The notes beneath the pieces were generated by a model. That model saw nothing but the letters and a program-made list of their open reading frames with translations, made no database searches and had not been told where the DNA came from. A stretch of 64,000 bases of DNA from Planctomycetota bacterium. GTDB lineage: Bacteria > Planctomycetota > Phycisphaerae > Phycisphaerales > UBA5793. The DNA lies in assembly GCA_013112555.1 (NCBI GenBank), contig JABFGK010000001.1, positions 1,026,581 to 1,090,580 of the forward strand. Direction: 5' to 3'. The position numbers were made by a program, and so were the translations under genes. Positions 38,299-47,716 of the stretch are shown piece after piece. Position 1 is the first letter of the stretch. Each line of letters opens with the position of its first letter.

Positions 38299-39765
38299 CT
38301 ATCCGAGGAGTTGGAGCACGCTCTGGGCGTTGGCGTTGGCGGTTGCCAGGACGGTGGTGCCTGCCTGCACCATGATCTGTGCCCGAGTCAGTTGGCTTGT
38401 CTCGTAGGCGAAGTCAGCATCGCGGATTTTGGATTCACTTGATGTGACATTCTCAAGCGCGACCTGCATGGAGCGCATGTTGGTCTGGAGGGTATTGCGT
38501 TCCATGGCCCCGAGTTGGCCTCTGAGGACCGATATCTCATCGATGGCCGTATCAACAATACTACTCGCATTATCAAGGTTCGCGGTGGTGACATTGTTAT
38601 CGCCACCGGTCATGAGTGAGTTCAGGAAGTTGAGTTGGCTCCCGAGTTGTGTCCCGCCGAGTCGAGAGGCCGCGACCGATGAGAGTCCGACGTTGATCTG
38701 CTGATTGAACTGGACCTCGGGCCCGATCTGGAACTGGGCGCCACCGCCGGTGATATAGAAGGTGGAGTCGGTGGTCGTCTGCTGCGCGAAGGTGGAGTCG
38801 AGCAGGAGTTCGAGGTTCAGTGTCGGGGTCTTGATGGCCAGTGAGAGCCCATCGCCGGTTGCCAGGGCCCCGTTGACGACGGCGGTGACATCCTGGCCGA
38901 CATCGCGTTCATTGCTGAGCTGTGATTCGAAGAAGTCGCCGCTGTCACTGATTCGCTTGACGCGGACGAATGAGTCACTGCCAAAGGTGGTGCTGTTGAG
39001 CGTGATGCCTGATGTCATGTCGGTGATATCGGTGAGGGTGGCCGAGACCCCGGTGGAGTCCTTGATTCGGTTGACGGCATCGACGACGGTGCTGACGGGC
39101 GTGCCTGAGGTGAATGCGAGGACCTGGACGCCATCGTTTCCGGCGATTTCGAGCGTGACGGAGCTGAGGAGGGTGCCGTCGGCCGCGGTGCCGTAGTTGG
39201 CCGTGAGTTGAATCTGTGCCGTCTGTGCGGAGCTGATGACTTCGACATCGACGGGGATGTAGGAGTTTGACCCGAAGAAGGCACTGAAGATTTTGGTTTT
39301 GGAGATCTGACTCGAGGTGACGGCAGAGGTGAGATAATCGAGGCCGCCATTGAGGAGTTGGAGTCCGGCGAAGTTGGTCGTATTGCTGATTCGCGTAATG
39401 GACTCGATGGCCGAGTCGATCTGGAGCTGGTTCGCCTCGATTTCCTCTTCGGACATGCCGCCGGTGTTGGCCGCTTCGACGACGAGTCCTTTGATGGAGT
39501 TGAGGAGGTCGGCGACTTCAGCCAATGCCCCTTCTGCGGTCGCAATGACTGATGTGGCCCGCTCAGAGTTTGAGATGGCCTTTCGGAGTCCGGCGAGTTC
39601 GCTTCGGAGCCGTTCCGACGCAATGAGGCCTGCCGGGTCATCAGAACCTCGGTTAATGCGCAGGCCGGTTGAGAGTCGTTCGAGCCTGAGATTGAGATTG
39701 CTATAGGCGCGATTAAGGTTGGCCTGAGAGATCAATGAGGGGACATTGGTGTTGATCCGAGCCAT
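38299..39765 (-). CDS. fliC: Flagellin (paralog)
   Basis: 488 aa. MARINTNVPSLISQANLNRAYSNLNLRLERLSTGLRINRGSDDPAGLIASERLRSE ... LTRAQIMVQAGTTVLATANANAQSVLQLLG. SD AAGGAGGA. Confidence 0.95.
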   Translation of the reverse strand: MARINTNVPSLISQANLNRAYSNLNLRLERLSTGLRINRGSDDPAGLIASERLRSELAGLRKAISNSERATSVIATAEGALAEVADLLNSIKGLVVEAANTGGMSEEEIEANQLQIDSAIESITRISNTTNFAGLQLLNGGLDYLTSAVTSSQISKTKIFSAFFGSNSYIPVDVEVISSAQTAQIQLTANYGTAADGTLLSSVTLEIAGNDGVQVLAFTSGTPVSTVVDAVNRIKDSTGVSATLTDITDMTSGITLNSTTFGSDSFVRVKRISDSGDFFESQLSNERDVGQDVTAVVNGALATGDGLSLAIKTPTLNLELLLDSTFAQQTTTDSTFYITGGGAQFQIGPEVQFNQQINVGLSSVAASRLGGTQLGSQLNFLNSLMTGGDNNVTTANLDNASSIVDTAIDEISVLRGQLGAMERNTLQTNMRSMQVALENVTSSESKIRDADFAYETSQLTRAQIMVQAGTTVLATANANAQSVLQLLG

Positions 39766-39900
39766 GACAATCCTCCTTGATTGAGGCTACGTTCATTCAG
39801 AGTCTGCCCGGCGTTGTCGTGCATGCGTGTCGGCGTTTGGCCGAGTGCATACATGAGTCGCCGTGAGTGCGTGTATCTTCCATAATCAAGGCCGTCTGTT

Positions 39901-40236
39901 TCATGCTGAGCGGCTCTTGAGTGGATTCAGGTGATGGTTCAGTAGTGTCCGCGCTGCCTGTTTTGGTTCGTGGGCATCCGTTTTGGAATCTCCTGGTCTG
40001 ATGCGGTTTGCGAGTTGGTCGTGTGTTTGAAGCAGATCAAGTTCGGTATCGAGCAGGCGAGCGGCCTGTTCGTTTTCCCGCTTGATTGCCTCATACACTT
40101 CCTTCCGGTGCACCGCAATGCTTGTAGGCGCGTTGATGCCGAGTCGAACTTTGTCTCCTCGGATGTCGACGACGGTAATTTCGATATCGTCGCCGATCAT
40201 GATCGTTTCATCGCGCTGACGTGAGAGCACTAACAT
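39901..40236 (-). CDS. csrA: Carbon storage regulator CsrA (FliW-partnered type) with long C-terminal extension
   Basis: [54 protein letters not shown] 40236 after GGAGCG. 111 aa. The ORF track start 40353 adds 39 unsupported residues. Confidence 0.9.
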   Translation of the reverse strand: MLVLSRQRDETIMIGDDIEITVVDIRGDKVRLGINAPTSIAVHRKEVYEAIKRENEQAARLLDTELDLLQTHDQLANRIRPGDSKTDAHEPKQAARTLLNHHLNPLKSRSA

Positions 40237-40374
40237 GCCATCGCTCCAACACTGATGGCGCTTCCCTGCGCCGTGTCGCCAGCCGGGTCCATCGCGTCGA
40301 TCACTCGTGTCTGACGGAGTTCTTCCGGCAGTCATTCGGATCGGCGCGCTCACTCTACCACGTGTCAGGTCGAT

Positions 40375-40824
40375 CTAGGCAGAGGCTGCTTGTGCAGCCG
40401 ATGCGCCCAGGTCGAGCAGCTTGTACCGTGTGGTCCATCGCTGGTCAGCCAGGACCAGTTGCCGCCCGAAACAGGTCTCGACGTTGATCACGAGGGGGCC
40501 TTGCAGGTTGCCGGTCAAATGTTGCGCATAGCGGTTGACAATGACCAGTACCTGTGCGTCATCCAGTGATTTCAGGTCGAGTGCATCCATCTGATCGCGT
40601 CGGATCGGCACTTCGTAACCTGTCACAAACAGTGACGGGTCGGTGACGACGAACGCGAGGTCCGGGCACTCGATGCACTGGAGCCAAAGGAAGACGCCCT
40701 CTGAGTTCGGTTGCAGCAGCGCATAGCGCTGGTAGTTGCTGAACCCGAGGAGTCCCGACGGAAACGTGAGAATTCGGTCGGCATCGACCTCCACGGTGCC
40801 AAATCGACTCGTGCTCACATCCAT
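40375..40824 (-). CDS. fliW: Flagellar assembly factor FliW
   Basis: RFGTVEVDADRILTFPSGLLGF..YALLQP......FLWLQCIECPDLAFVVTDP...YEV....NLQGPLVIN, typical of FliW. ATG 40824 after GGAGCG. Confidence 0.9.
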   Translation of the reverse strand: MDVSTSRFGTVEVDADRILTFPSGLLGFSNYQRYALLQPNSEGVFLWLQCIECPDLAFVVTDPSLFVTGYEVPIRRDQMDALDLKSLDDAQVLVIVNRYAQHLTGNLQGPLVINVETCFGRQLVLADQRWTTRYKLLDLGASAAQAASA

Positions 40825-41027
40825 GTGAACGCTCCACTGAGTCGGCCTCACCATCCTGGTTATTCGCCTGACGGCACATCCGAAGCCGCCGGCACATTGA
40901 GAGCGGATCCTTACCGCCGTGGCCGACCCGGCGGTGATCCTTGCAATCCATATTTCAATGGCAGGGGTTCCTGACCCGTGTATGGGTCTGTGTGTCGCTC
41001 AGCGTTTTTTGATTCCCGGCAAATGTG

Positions 41028-43019
41028 TTATGCCAGGAAGCGAATCAGGCTGAGTTGCCCTGCCTGCGAGCCGGTGATCATTGCTGCTTCGATCTGTGTC
41101 TGCAGCGAAGAGAACCGCACGCTCGCTTCCGAGTAATCGAGGTCCTGGATTTCGCTTCTCAGGTTGAGATCCATGACCTGCTGATCTGCCTCTCGATCGA
41201 TCATGCTGCTGATTCTGTTTGCCCGTTGTCCGATGACGGCTCGGGCTTTTGCAAAGCGATCGATGTCGAGTTCCAGTTTCTCTCCTGCAATTGTGATGCC
41301 AGTTTCGTCATTATTCAAAAGTGCCTGTTTCAGTGCCAACAGATGGGAAAAGACGCTATCGACGGTGACGGTGGATCGGTCCTCACCGGTAATAGTTGCG
41401 CCGTCGGCTGCAGTGCTGATGCCCAAATCTTGCGCGGCAAAGGAACTGTTGCGCGGTGTGAGTTTGAATGTGTCGGCCCCGCCGGAGAGATCGGTCAGGA
41501 TGAGGCCGTTGGGGGCATCATCATCGATCTCGATGGTGAATGTTGCCGGTGCGGCTGCGGTGACGATGTCGACGACGTCGCCGAGGGTGATGGCCCCTGC
41601 CAGGTCGACTTCGAATTCAGTGCCGTCACTGAGGGTGATGGAGAAGTCGACGTCGCGGCTCGGGTCTGGGAGTCCTGTCTCGGGATCGGTGGACCCGGTG
41701 ACGATACTGACGCCCCGGCCGTCGTTGAGGTCGGCCAGGAGGGTATCTTCGGTCTGGGTGCGAATCCCGAGTTCGAGGGCGGTCTGACCGCCGGTGGTTT
41801 CGTAGACGGCCAGGTCGGCCCCCGACATCTGGTTGAGCAGGTTGAGGCGGGTGCCGTCGTCGTTGAGTTCGAGTCGGACACCGGCATCGGCCTGTTTGAT
41901 GAGGTCGATGAGGTCGCCGATTGTCTGGGCGGACGAGGTTTCGATGACGCGCGTGGTGTCGCCGTTGGCAATGATGAAGTCATCGAGACCGGCCAGGTTC
42001 GGCAGGTCTGCCAGGGCAGTCATCCTCGAAAGCCGGGGGTCGAGGTCGTTGCCGTCGGTGGTCGTGTCATCGAAGGCGACATCGGTCAGGCCGAGGTCTG
42101 CGGCAGTGAATGACCCCTGGAGATCGTTGATGTCGATCGTGTTGCCGGTGTCGGCGTAGAGTGCCAGTCCATTGGCAGCGGCGTTGATGTCAACGCGGGC
42201 GCCGGTGAGGATCGTGGCACTGTTGTCGGTTTCGTAGGTGGCAATGGCATCGTCGATGAGGTCGATGACGTCCTGGACCGAATCGGCGTCGGCCAGATCA
42301 ACGTCGAGGTCATCGGAGCCGTTGATGGTGATACGGATCGTGCCGAGTGCGACATCGAGGCCTCGGGCCCCGTTGAGATCGGAGACGCGTGAGTTCCCGG
42401 TGAGGTCGGGGTTCAGGTCGCGATCGCCCTCGACGCGTGCCGAGAGTGATCCGAAAGCATCGGGTGCCCCGGTGGTGACGGGGACATGGAGATCGGAACC
42501 GAGATGGATTTCCATGCCGTCGCGGGTGCCGAGGTATTCGATGCCGTCGGTTGTTTCGCGCATGGGGGCGATCGAGGTCTGTTTGCCGCCGAAGAGGTAG
42601 AGGCTGCCGAGTTTATGGTTGGCCAGTGCCATCATCTCATCAATGAGTGACTGGACGACGTGTGATTCGTTTTTGCGTGTCTGCGCGTCGATCCCGAGCC
42701 CGACCATGGCCATGGCCAGGCTTTTTGCTTCAAGGACGAGGTCGGAGGATTCGCCGAGGCTTGCATCGGCCACGTCGAGGAGTGAGCGGCCGTGCTCGAG
42801 GTTGCGCATGCGTTGTTCACGTCGTTCGATGGCTTCGTCGAGGACGGAGGACAGTGAGCCGGCCACGACGTCGTCGCTGGGTCGGTTGACACGGCGGCCG
42901 GTGGCCAGTTGCATCTGGGTATTGAGCAATCGGCCCTGCGACTTGGTCAGGTTATTGAGGAATACCTGGGTCGACAGGGTGACGGGGACGCGGGCGAGAT
43001 TCGATGGAATGGAACTCAT
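41028..43019 (-). CDS. flgL: Flagellar hook-associated protein 3 (hook-filament junction), unusually long
   Basis: 663 aa. Flagellin-type N-domain (LQLATGRRVNRPSDDVVAGSLSSVLDEAIERREQ) and C-terminal helices (...DLDYSEASVRFSSLQTQIEAAMITGSQAGQLSLIRFLA). Position after flgK. Confidence 0.85.
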   Translation of the reverse strand: MSSIPSNLARVPVTLSTQVFLNNLTKSQGRLLNTQMQLATGRRVNRPSDDVVAGSLSSVLDEAIERREQRMRNLEHGRSLLDVADASLGESSDLVLEAKSLAMAMVGLGIDAQTRKNESHVVQSLIDEMMALANHKLGSLYLFGGKQTSIAPMRETTDGIEYLGTRDGMEIHLGSDLHVPVTTGAPDAFGSLSARVEGDRDLNPDLTGNSRVSDLNGARGLDVALGTIRITINGSDDLDVDLADADSVQDVIDLIDDAIATYETDNSATILTGARVDINAAANGLALYADTGNTIDINDLQGSFTAADLGLTDVAFDDTTTDGNDLDPRLSRMTALADLPNLAGLDDFIIANGDTTRVIETSSAQTIGDLIDLIKQADAGVRLELNDDGTRLNLLNQMSGADLAVYETTGGQTALELGIRTQTEDTLLADLNDGRGVSIVTGSTDPETGLPDPSRDVDFSITLSDGTEFEVDLAGAITLGDVVDIVTAAAPATFTIEIDDDAPNGLILTDLSGGADTFKLTPRNSSFAAQDLGISTAADGATITGEDRSTVTVDSVFSHLLALKQALLNNDETGITIAGEKLELDIDRFAKARAVIGQRANRISSMIDREADQQVMDLNLRSEIQDLDYSEASVRFSSLQTQIEAAMITGSQAGQLSLIRFLA

Positions 43020-43058
43020 GGTTCACGGTGTCCTTCTGGACGGTTGGCATCGAAGGCG

Positions 43059-44757
43059 TCAGACGATGGCCAGCAGTTGGTCCATCAGGTCGTTGACGAC
43101 ACTGATGAAGCGGGCCGCGGCTTCGTACTGACGTTGGAAGTTCATCAGGTTGATTGACTCCTCATCAAGGCTGACGCCGCTGACGGCTGCTTCCTGTGCC
43201 TGGAGTCCTTCGCGGACGGCGGAGGTGGTGGCAGCCTTGACGTTGGTGGCGTCGAGTTGCACGGCAATTTCTTCGACGCTGTCGGACCAGAACTCGCGCA
43301 GGGAGCGTGATCCGAGTTCGGTGATCGATTGTGTTTCGAGTTCGGCAATGGCCAGCGCCGTGTCATTGGAGCCGGGCACATGGTCGGCCCCGACGGCGAG
43401 GTAGTCGGTGTCGGTCTGGACGGTGTCATTGACCGTGATGTTGGAGGCATCGAACCCGTCGAAGTAGGAGTTGAGCCCGAGGGCAGCCAGTGCATCGGCG
43501 GTGTCATCGGAGAATGACAGTCGGTAGCCGTCGGTCGCGGTGAGGGTGAGTGTTCCGTCTGCGTTGACGGTTGCGGTGGCGTTATCGACGGCAGTGATTG
43601 CTGTGGCGAGGTCGTTGAGGGTCATGTCGGAGCCGACGCCATCGAGGTCGATATCGATCCGGGTCGTCGTTCTAGCGCCGGTTGCCTCGTTCGTGATATT
43701 GAGTTGGAGGCTCCCGTTCTTGATGGTGAAGGGCAGGCCGGCGTCGGTGGCGTTGAGTGCTGCATCGGCATCGGTGACGCCGTAGGTTCCGGTGACGGTA
43801 TCGAATCCCTTTGATCCCTGGCCCTGGGAATGGACCTTATTGACCTGGAAGATGAGTTGCCCGGCAAAGGTGTCAACATCGTCGAGCAGGCCGCTGACGA
43901 GTTCATCGCGAGAGTTGAGGAGGGCACCGAGTTGGCCCTCGGTGATGGTGAGCCGGGAGCCATCAGCACGGACGCGGACGGTGGCAACCAACTCGCCGTC
44001 GATGGTTTCGGTCCGGAGTTGGACGCCGCGCGATTCGTTCCCGAGCAGGACGGGGATCGAGTTGACCAGGACGTCGGTGGTGCCGGAGACCTGTTCGATG
44101 ACGGTGATGTCCATGATTTCTGCGAGTTCGCTGAGGAGTCGATCGCGTTGATCACGGAGCGAGCTGGCGGTGGCGTTTCCCTGCTCAGCATCGACGATGG
44201 AGCCGTTGAGTCCGGCGACTTGCTCCAGAATGCTGTTGGCTCTGCTTGAGATGAGGTCGATTTCGCTGTCGATCTGATTGCGGAGTTCGACGTATTGATG
44301 GGCGCAGGTCGCGCAGGTGTTCGGAGAGCGAGATGCCCTCCTGCACGACGAGGGAACGGATGGCTGAGTCGTCGGGGTTGTTTGCCAGTTCAGACCAACT
44401 GGAGAAGAAGGACCCGAGCGCGGTGGAGAGATCCTGCTTGGTCAGTTCGTTATGCAGGGTTTCGATCTGTGACAGGGTTCGTTGCCGCGAGAGGGTGGAC
44501 TCCTCCTCAGACAGCGCGCTGCGGATGCGTTGTCGGAGGGCTTCATCGACGTGCCGGATGACATCATCGAGTTCGACGCCGCGCCCGACAAAGGCGTTCA
44601 TGCCGACCCGCTCACCGGTCATTGGATTCAGGCTGACGGTGTTTCGGGTGTAGCCGGGCGTCGTGGCGTTGGCCATGTTATTGCCGGTTACCTGCAGGCC
44701 GATCTGGCTGACGGTGATGGCGGAGCGGCCGATATGGAGTGCGCTGGTGAGGCTCAT
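43059..44757 (-). pseudogene. flgK: Flagellar hook-associated protein 1 (FlgK), frame broken near 44295-44310
   Basis: N-terminal ORF 44185..44757 (MSLTSALHIGRSAITVSQIGLQVTGNNMANATTPGYTR) loses sense after ...SEHLRDLR. The protein continues +1 as HQYVELRNQIDSEIDLISSRANSILEQVAGLNGSIV...LSELAEIMDITVIEQ into ORF 43059..44114 (…NLMNFQRQYEAAARFISVVNDLMDQLLAIV). The shift is at the minus-strand run CGCCCAT (plus GGG 44300-44302). Confidence 0.85.
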
Positions 44758-44782
44758 GTCATTGGTTCACAGATCTGGACGT

Positions 44783-45373
44783 TCAGTGTCGTACATCGAG
44801 TACGCGATTGCTGGTCACGGTCGGGTTCGGGTCGATGCGGCCGTCGGGCTGGTAGAGTCCGGTGACGTTGACGAGTCGGTTGATTCGCTGGATGAGTCCG
44901 GAGACGTGCCCGAGCAGGTTCTCGGCGGTTTTGCGGACGACTTCCCCCTGTCGTCTGACGGCATTGGTGAGTTCGCGGAGCCGTTTCGTTTTTTCGCGTA
45001 CCGGCTCGGCCAGGTCAGCAGGGAGATGTTCGATGAGTTCGGTCATGGTGGCAGGGAGTGCTTGTTCGGCTGTGGCCTGCGCGGCTTTGGCTGTCCTCCC
45101 GGCAGTCGTCGACTCCAGGCCGAGTTCGGCGATGAGTGCCCGGACGGAATCGAGTCGACGTTCATCGAGCGTCATGAGTGTGGCAGCGAGTGCTTGTTGC
45201 TCCTGGGCACAGGACTCCATCTGCGTGGCATCGCCACGGCGCATGGCCTCATGCTGACGATGGAGGCAGGTGAGCATGGACTGCTGGAGGTTGATGTATT
45301 CGGAGAGGATCCGATCAAACTTCCGGCACGGGTGCTGCTTCGGTGTCGTGGCCGTCGCGACGGTCTCATGCAT
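44783..45373 (-). CDS. flgN: FlgN-like flagellar export chaperone
   Basis: All-helical ~196 aa. ILSEYINLQQSMLTCLHRQHEAMRRGDATQMESCAQEQQALAATL resembles FlgN, and the gene lies directly upstream of flgK. The ORF track start 45382 is TTG; ATG 45373 preferred. Confidence 0.65.
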   Translation of the reverse strand: MHETVATATTPKQHPCRKFDRILSEYINLQQSMLTCLHRQHEAMRRGDATQMESCAQEQQALAATLMTLDERRLDSVRALIAELGLESTTAGRTAKAAQATAEQALPATMTELIEHLPADLAEPVREKTKRLRELTNAVRRQGEVVRKTAENLLGHVSGLIQRINRLVNVTGLYQPDGRIDPNPTVTSNRVLDVRH

Positions 45374-45755
45374 GGCGGTCAATCCTTCGGGTGGCAGCGG
45401 GCGTGGGGGCCGGCCTCTGGCTCCTGGGCGTGTTCATGAAGCGATCGGTCAGTGCATCAACGAGTGGCAAACGGGATGCCTGGATCACGTGCTTTGCCAT
45501 TTCCGAGTCGAGCATTTGTTGGAATGCTTTCTCGCCGCTGGAGACGGGGATGAGGTCAGAGTTCAGGGGGTCCTCGCGCATCATGCGGAACATTGGCTGG
45601 ATGAGCGTTCCGGCCACGAGTTCTGCGGCTGCAAGGCGGACGGTTTCCCGTGTGTCGGCCCGGTCGCCTGCCTTGGGCTGATAGAGCGCCTGCAACTGGA
45701 GTGCTGCCGGGTTCGGCGATGCGAGCGAGGATGTCAGGGAGTCGTTGATGTTCAT
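45366..45755 (-). CDS. Rod-binding protein (FlgJ N-terminal-domain-like)
   Basis: 129 aa. ELVAGTLIQPMFRMMRED...GEKAFQQMLDSEMAKHVIQASRLPLVDAL resembles the Rod_binding domain. No muramidase domain. Lies after flgI, as flgJ does in many clusters. Confidence 0.6.
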   Translation of the reverse strand: MNINDSLTSSLASPNPAALQLQALYQPKAGDRADTRETVRLAAAELVAGTLIQPMFRMMREDPLNSDLIPVSSGEKAFQQMLDSEMAKHVIQASRLPLVDALTDRFMNTPRSQRPAPTPAATRRIDRHA

Positions 45756-45772
45756 TGTCTCGTGAAGCGCAT

Positions 45773-46951
45773 TCAGCTTTCAATGAGTTGGGCGTGAAGG
45801 ACGCCCATCTTCTTCATTTCGCGGAGGATGGTGACGCGTTCATCGAAGGGGACTTTGAGTGATTCGAGTGCCTGGAGGAGGTCGTCGAGCCGTGCCGTGG
45901 CATTCGGTGTGACCGAAGCGGTCGAACTGACGGCGACGTGGTCCGAGGTTTCGTAGACTGGGTTTGCTGGTGTGGCGACCGGCTCGGGTACGATGCGCGT
46001 GATCGTGAGGCCTCGTGACGTGATCACGATGGCTGAGATTTCGACGTTGCCGGTGACGAGGATGGTGCCGGCTTCCTTGTTAATAAGGACGCGAGCGGGC
46101 ACCTGGAGCAGGCTTGCATCGATATCGAGTGTCAGGATTCGGCCGAGGAGTGAGGCCGGGTCTTCGGTCTGCCAGGATGAGAGGTGGACGACCACGTTCT
46201 TGTTGTCTTCGACTTCGGCCCACACGTTGCCGATGGTGGTGGCGTCGATCATGAATTCCTGGGTGATATGACTGGCAATGGTGCTGGCAATGGGATATTC
46301 GGCATAGGGCGTGTCAAGGACGAGCGTGACGGTGTCGGCCCCTTGTGTGATTGCAGTGGTGCGAATGTCCTGGAGCATTTGCGCGCCGCCTCGGATGATC
46401 CCGTGGCGTTTATTGGTTCCGACGATTTCGATGGGGCCGCTGGCAACGGCATAGGGGTTGATGCCGCGCCCGGGCTTGAGCGGTGTCTGGATGAGCATGC
46501 CGCCTTCGAGGCTGGAGGCATCGCCGACCACGGTGACGTGGACGTCGAAGCGATCGCCTTCGCGTGCACCGGTCCCGGGCACTTCGCACCAGAGTTCGAC
46601 GGCTGCCACGGTGTCGATTCCGGTGAGTTCGTCGAGGAGTTGGGTGCCGAATCCTGCTTCCTGGTACATGACCAGGAGTGGTCGCTTGAGTCGTTCGGAC
46701 TTCTTAGTTGAGCCGCCGGTGCCGTCGAGCCCGGTGACGAGGCCGATGCCGCGTACATGGTTTGCCTCGTGGCCCTTGATGCGGATGATGTCCTGGATCT
46801 CGACGGCCGAGGAGGTGGTGGTGGTTGCCAGCAGGGCTGTTGCCCCGGCACAGCACAGCGCCGCAACGGTTGCCAGGGGGCGAAGTCGGCCGTGCAGCGC
46901 TTCCATGCTCGAGTTATTCGGTGCGACAGTGTTCATTTTCGTGAGTCTCAT
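45773..46951 (-). CDS. flgI: Flagellar P-ring protein FlgI
   Basis: Signal peptide, then IQDIIRIKGHEANHVRGIGLVTGLDGTGGS... and a C-terminal ...MGVLHAQLIES. ATG 46951 (the ORF track TTG at 46954). Confidence 0.9.
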   Translation of the reverse strand: MRLTKMNTVAPNNSSMEALHGRLRPLATVAALCCAGATALLATTTTSSAVEIQDIIRIKGHEANHVRGIGLVTGLDGTGGSTKKSERLKRPLLVMYQEAGFGTQLLDELTGIDTVAAVELWCEVPGTGAREGDRFDVHVTVVGDASSLEGGMLIQTPLKPGRGINPYAVASGPIEIVGTNKRHGIIRGGAQMLQDIRTTAITQGADTVTLVLDTPYAEYPIASTIASHITQEFMIDATTIGNVWAEVEDNKNVVVHLSSWQTEDPASLLGRILTLDIDASLLQVPARVLINKEAGTILVTGNVEISAIVITSRGLTITRIVPEPVATPANPVYETSDHVAVSSTASVTPNATARLDDLLQALESLKVPFDERVTILREMKKMGVLHAQLIES

Positions 46952-46972
46952 CAATCTCGTGTCAGCCGTTTC

Positions 46973-47716
46973 TTAGAATGCGAATACGGATTCGAGGACA
47001 CGTGCAATGATGCCCTTCTTGTTCGTTTCCCTGAGTTCGCCCTCGTGCTCTTTTTGAACACGGAGGTCAAAGAGTTGGCTGCTCTGGATGGTGCGCGACA
47101 GGGTGATGTTGCGCGGGTCGGCCACGCCGGTGAGGAGGATTGTCGACACCTCATCGTCCTGTTTGATGTTCGTGCGTGCTTCGAGGACGAGGTGCCCGTT
47201 GGGGAGGATTTCGATGATTTCAGCCATCACTCTGGCCGAGAAGTCATCGGTTCGCAGGTATTCGCCGGCCCCCTCGAACTTTCGATCGGAACTCACGCCG
47301 AGTTTCGGGGGTGATGCGTTTTCGCTTGCCTTGAGGATGCCCTCGATGAGGTCATTGATGGTGAGTTGGGGGAAGTCTGAGACTTCGCCGTTGAGGTCCC
47401 ACTTCTTCTCGGTAGTCACTTCCTGCTTGGATCGAATGTTCGATGTTTCGCGTACGATGATCTGGATGTGATCATGCTCGGCAAACGCAGGAGGTGGCTG
47501 CACGATGACGGTGAAGGGTGCGAATGGGTGGAGCGAGGCTGCAAGGTCTGACGCCCCGCCGCTGGAATCGAGGCGTGAGACATACTCGGCGGGCAACTGT
47601 GAGCCGCCGTTGACGAGAATGTTTGAGCTCTGGGCCAAGGCCGGCGTGGTGAGTGCGACGGCTGCGCCGAGCGCTGCCGGGATGAGGAGCCGTGCTGTGT
47701 GTCTGGGTGTGATCAT
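46973..47716 (-). CDS. flgH: Flagellar L-ring protein FlgH
   Basis: ARVMAEIIEILPNGHLVLEARTNIKQDDEVSTILLTGVADPRNITLSRTIQSSQLFDLRV matches the FlgH core. The signal peptide ends ...TPALAQ with no lipobox Cys. Start ATG 47716 or GTG 47719. Confidence 0.85.
   Translation of the reverse strand: MITPRHTARLLIPAALGAAVALTTPALAQSSNILVNGGSQLPAEYVSRLDSSGGASDLAASLHPFAPFTVIVQPPPAFAEHDHIQIIVRETSNIRSKQEVTTEKKWDLNGEVSDFPQLTINDLIEGILKASENASPPKLGVSSDRKFEGAGEYLRTDDFSARVMAEIIEILPNGHLVLEARTNIKQDDEVSTILLTGVADPRNITLSRTIQSSQLFDLRVQKEHEGELRETNKKGIIARVLESVFAF

Noticed and set aside
41025-42113. 362-aa plus-strand ORF and several other 100-200-aa ORFs overlapping the flagellar genes
   Set aside because: They are antisense shadows of flgL, flgK and flgI. 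They are Gly/Asp/Val-rich, have no motifs, and the opposite strand carries unmistakable flagellar proteins.
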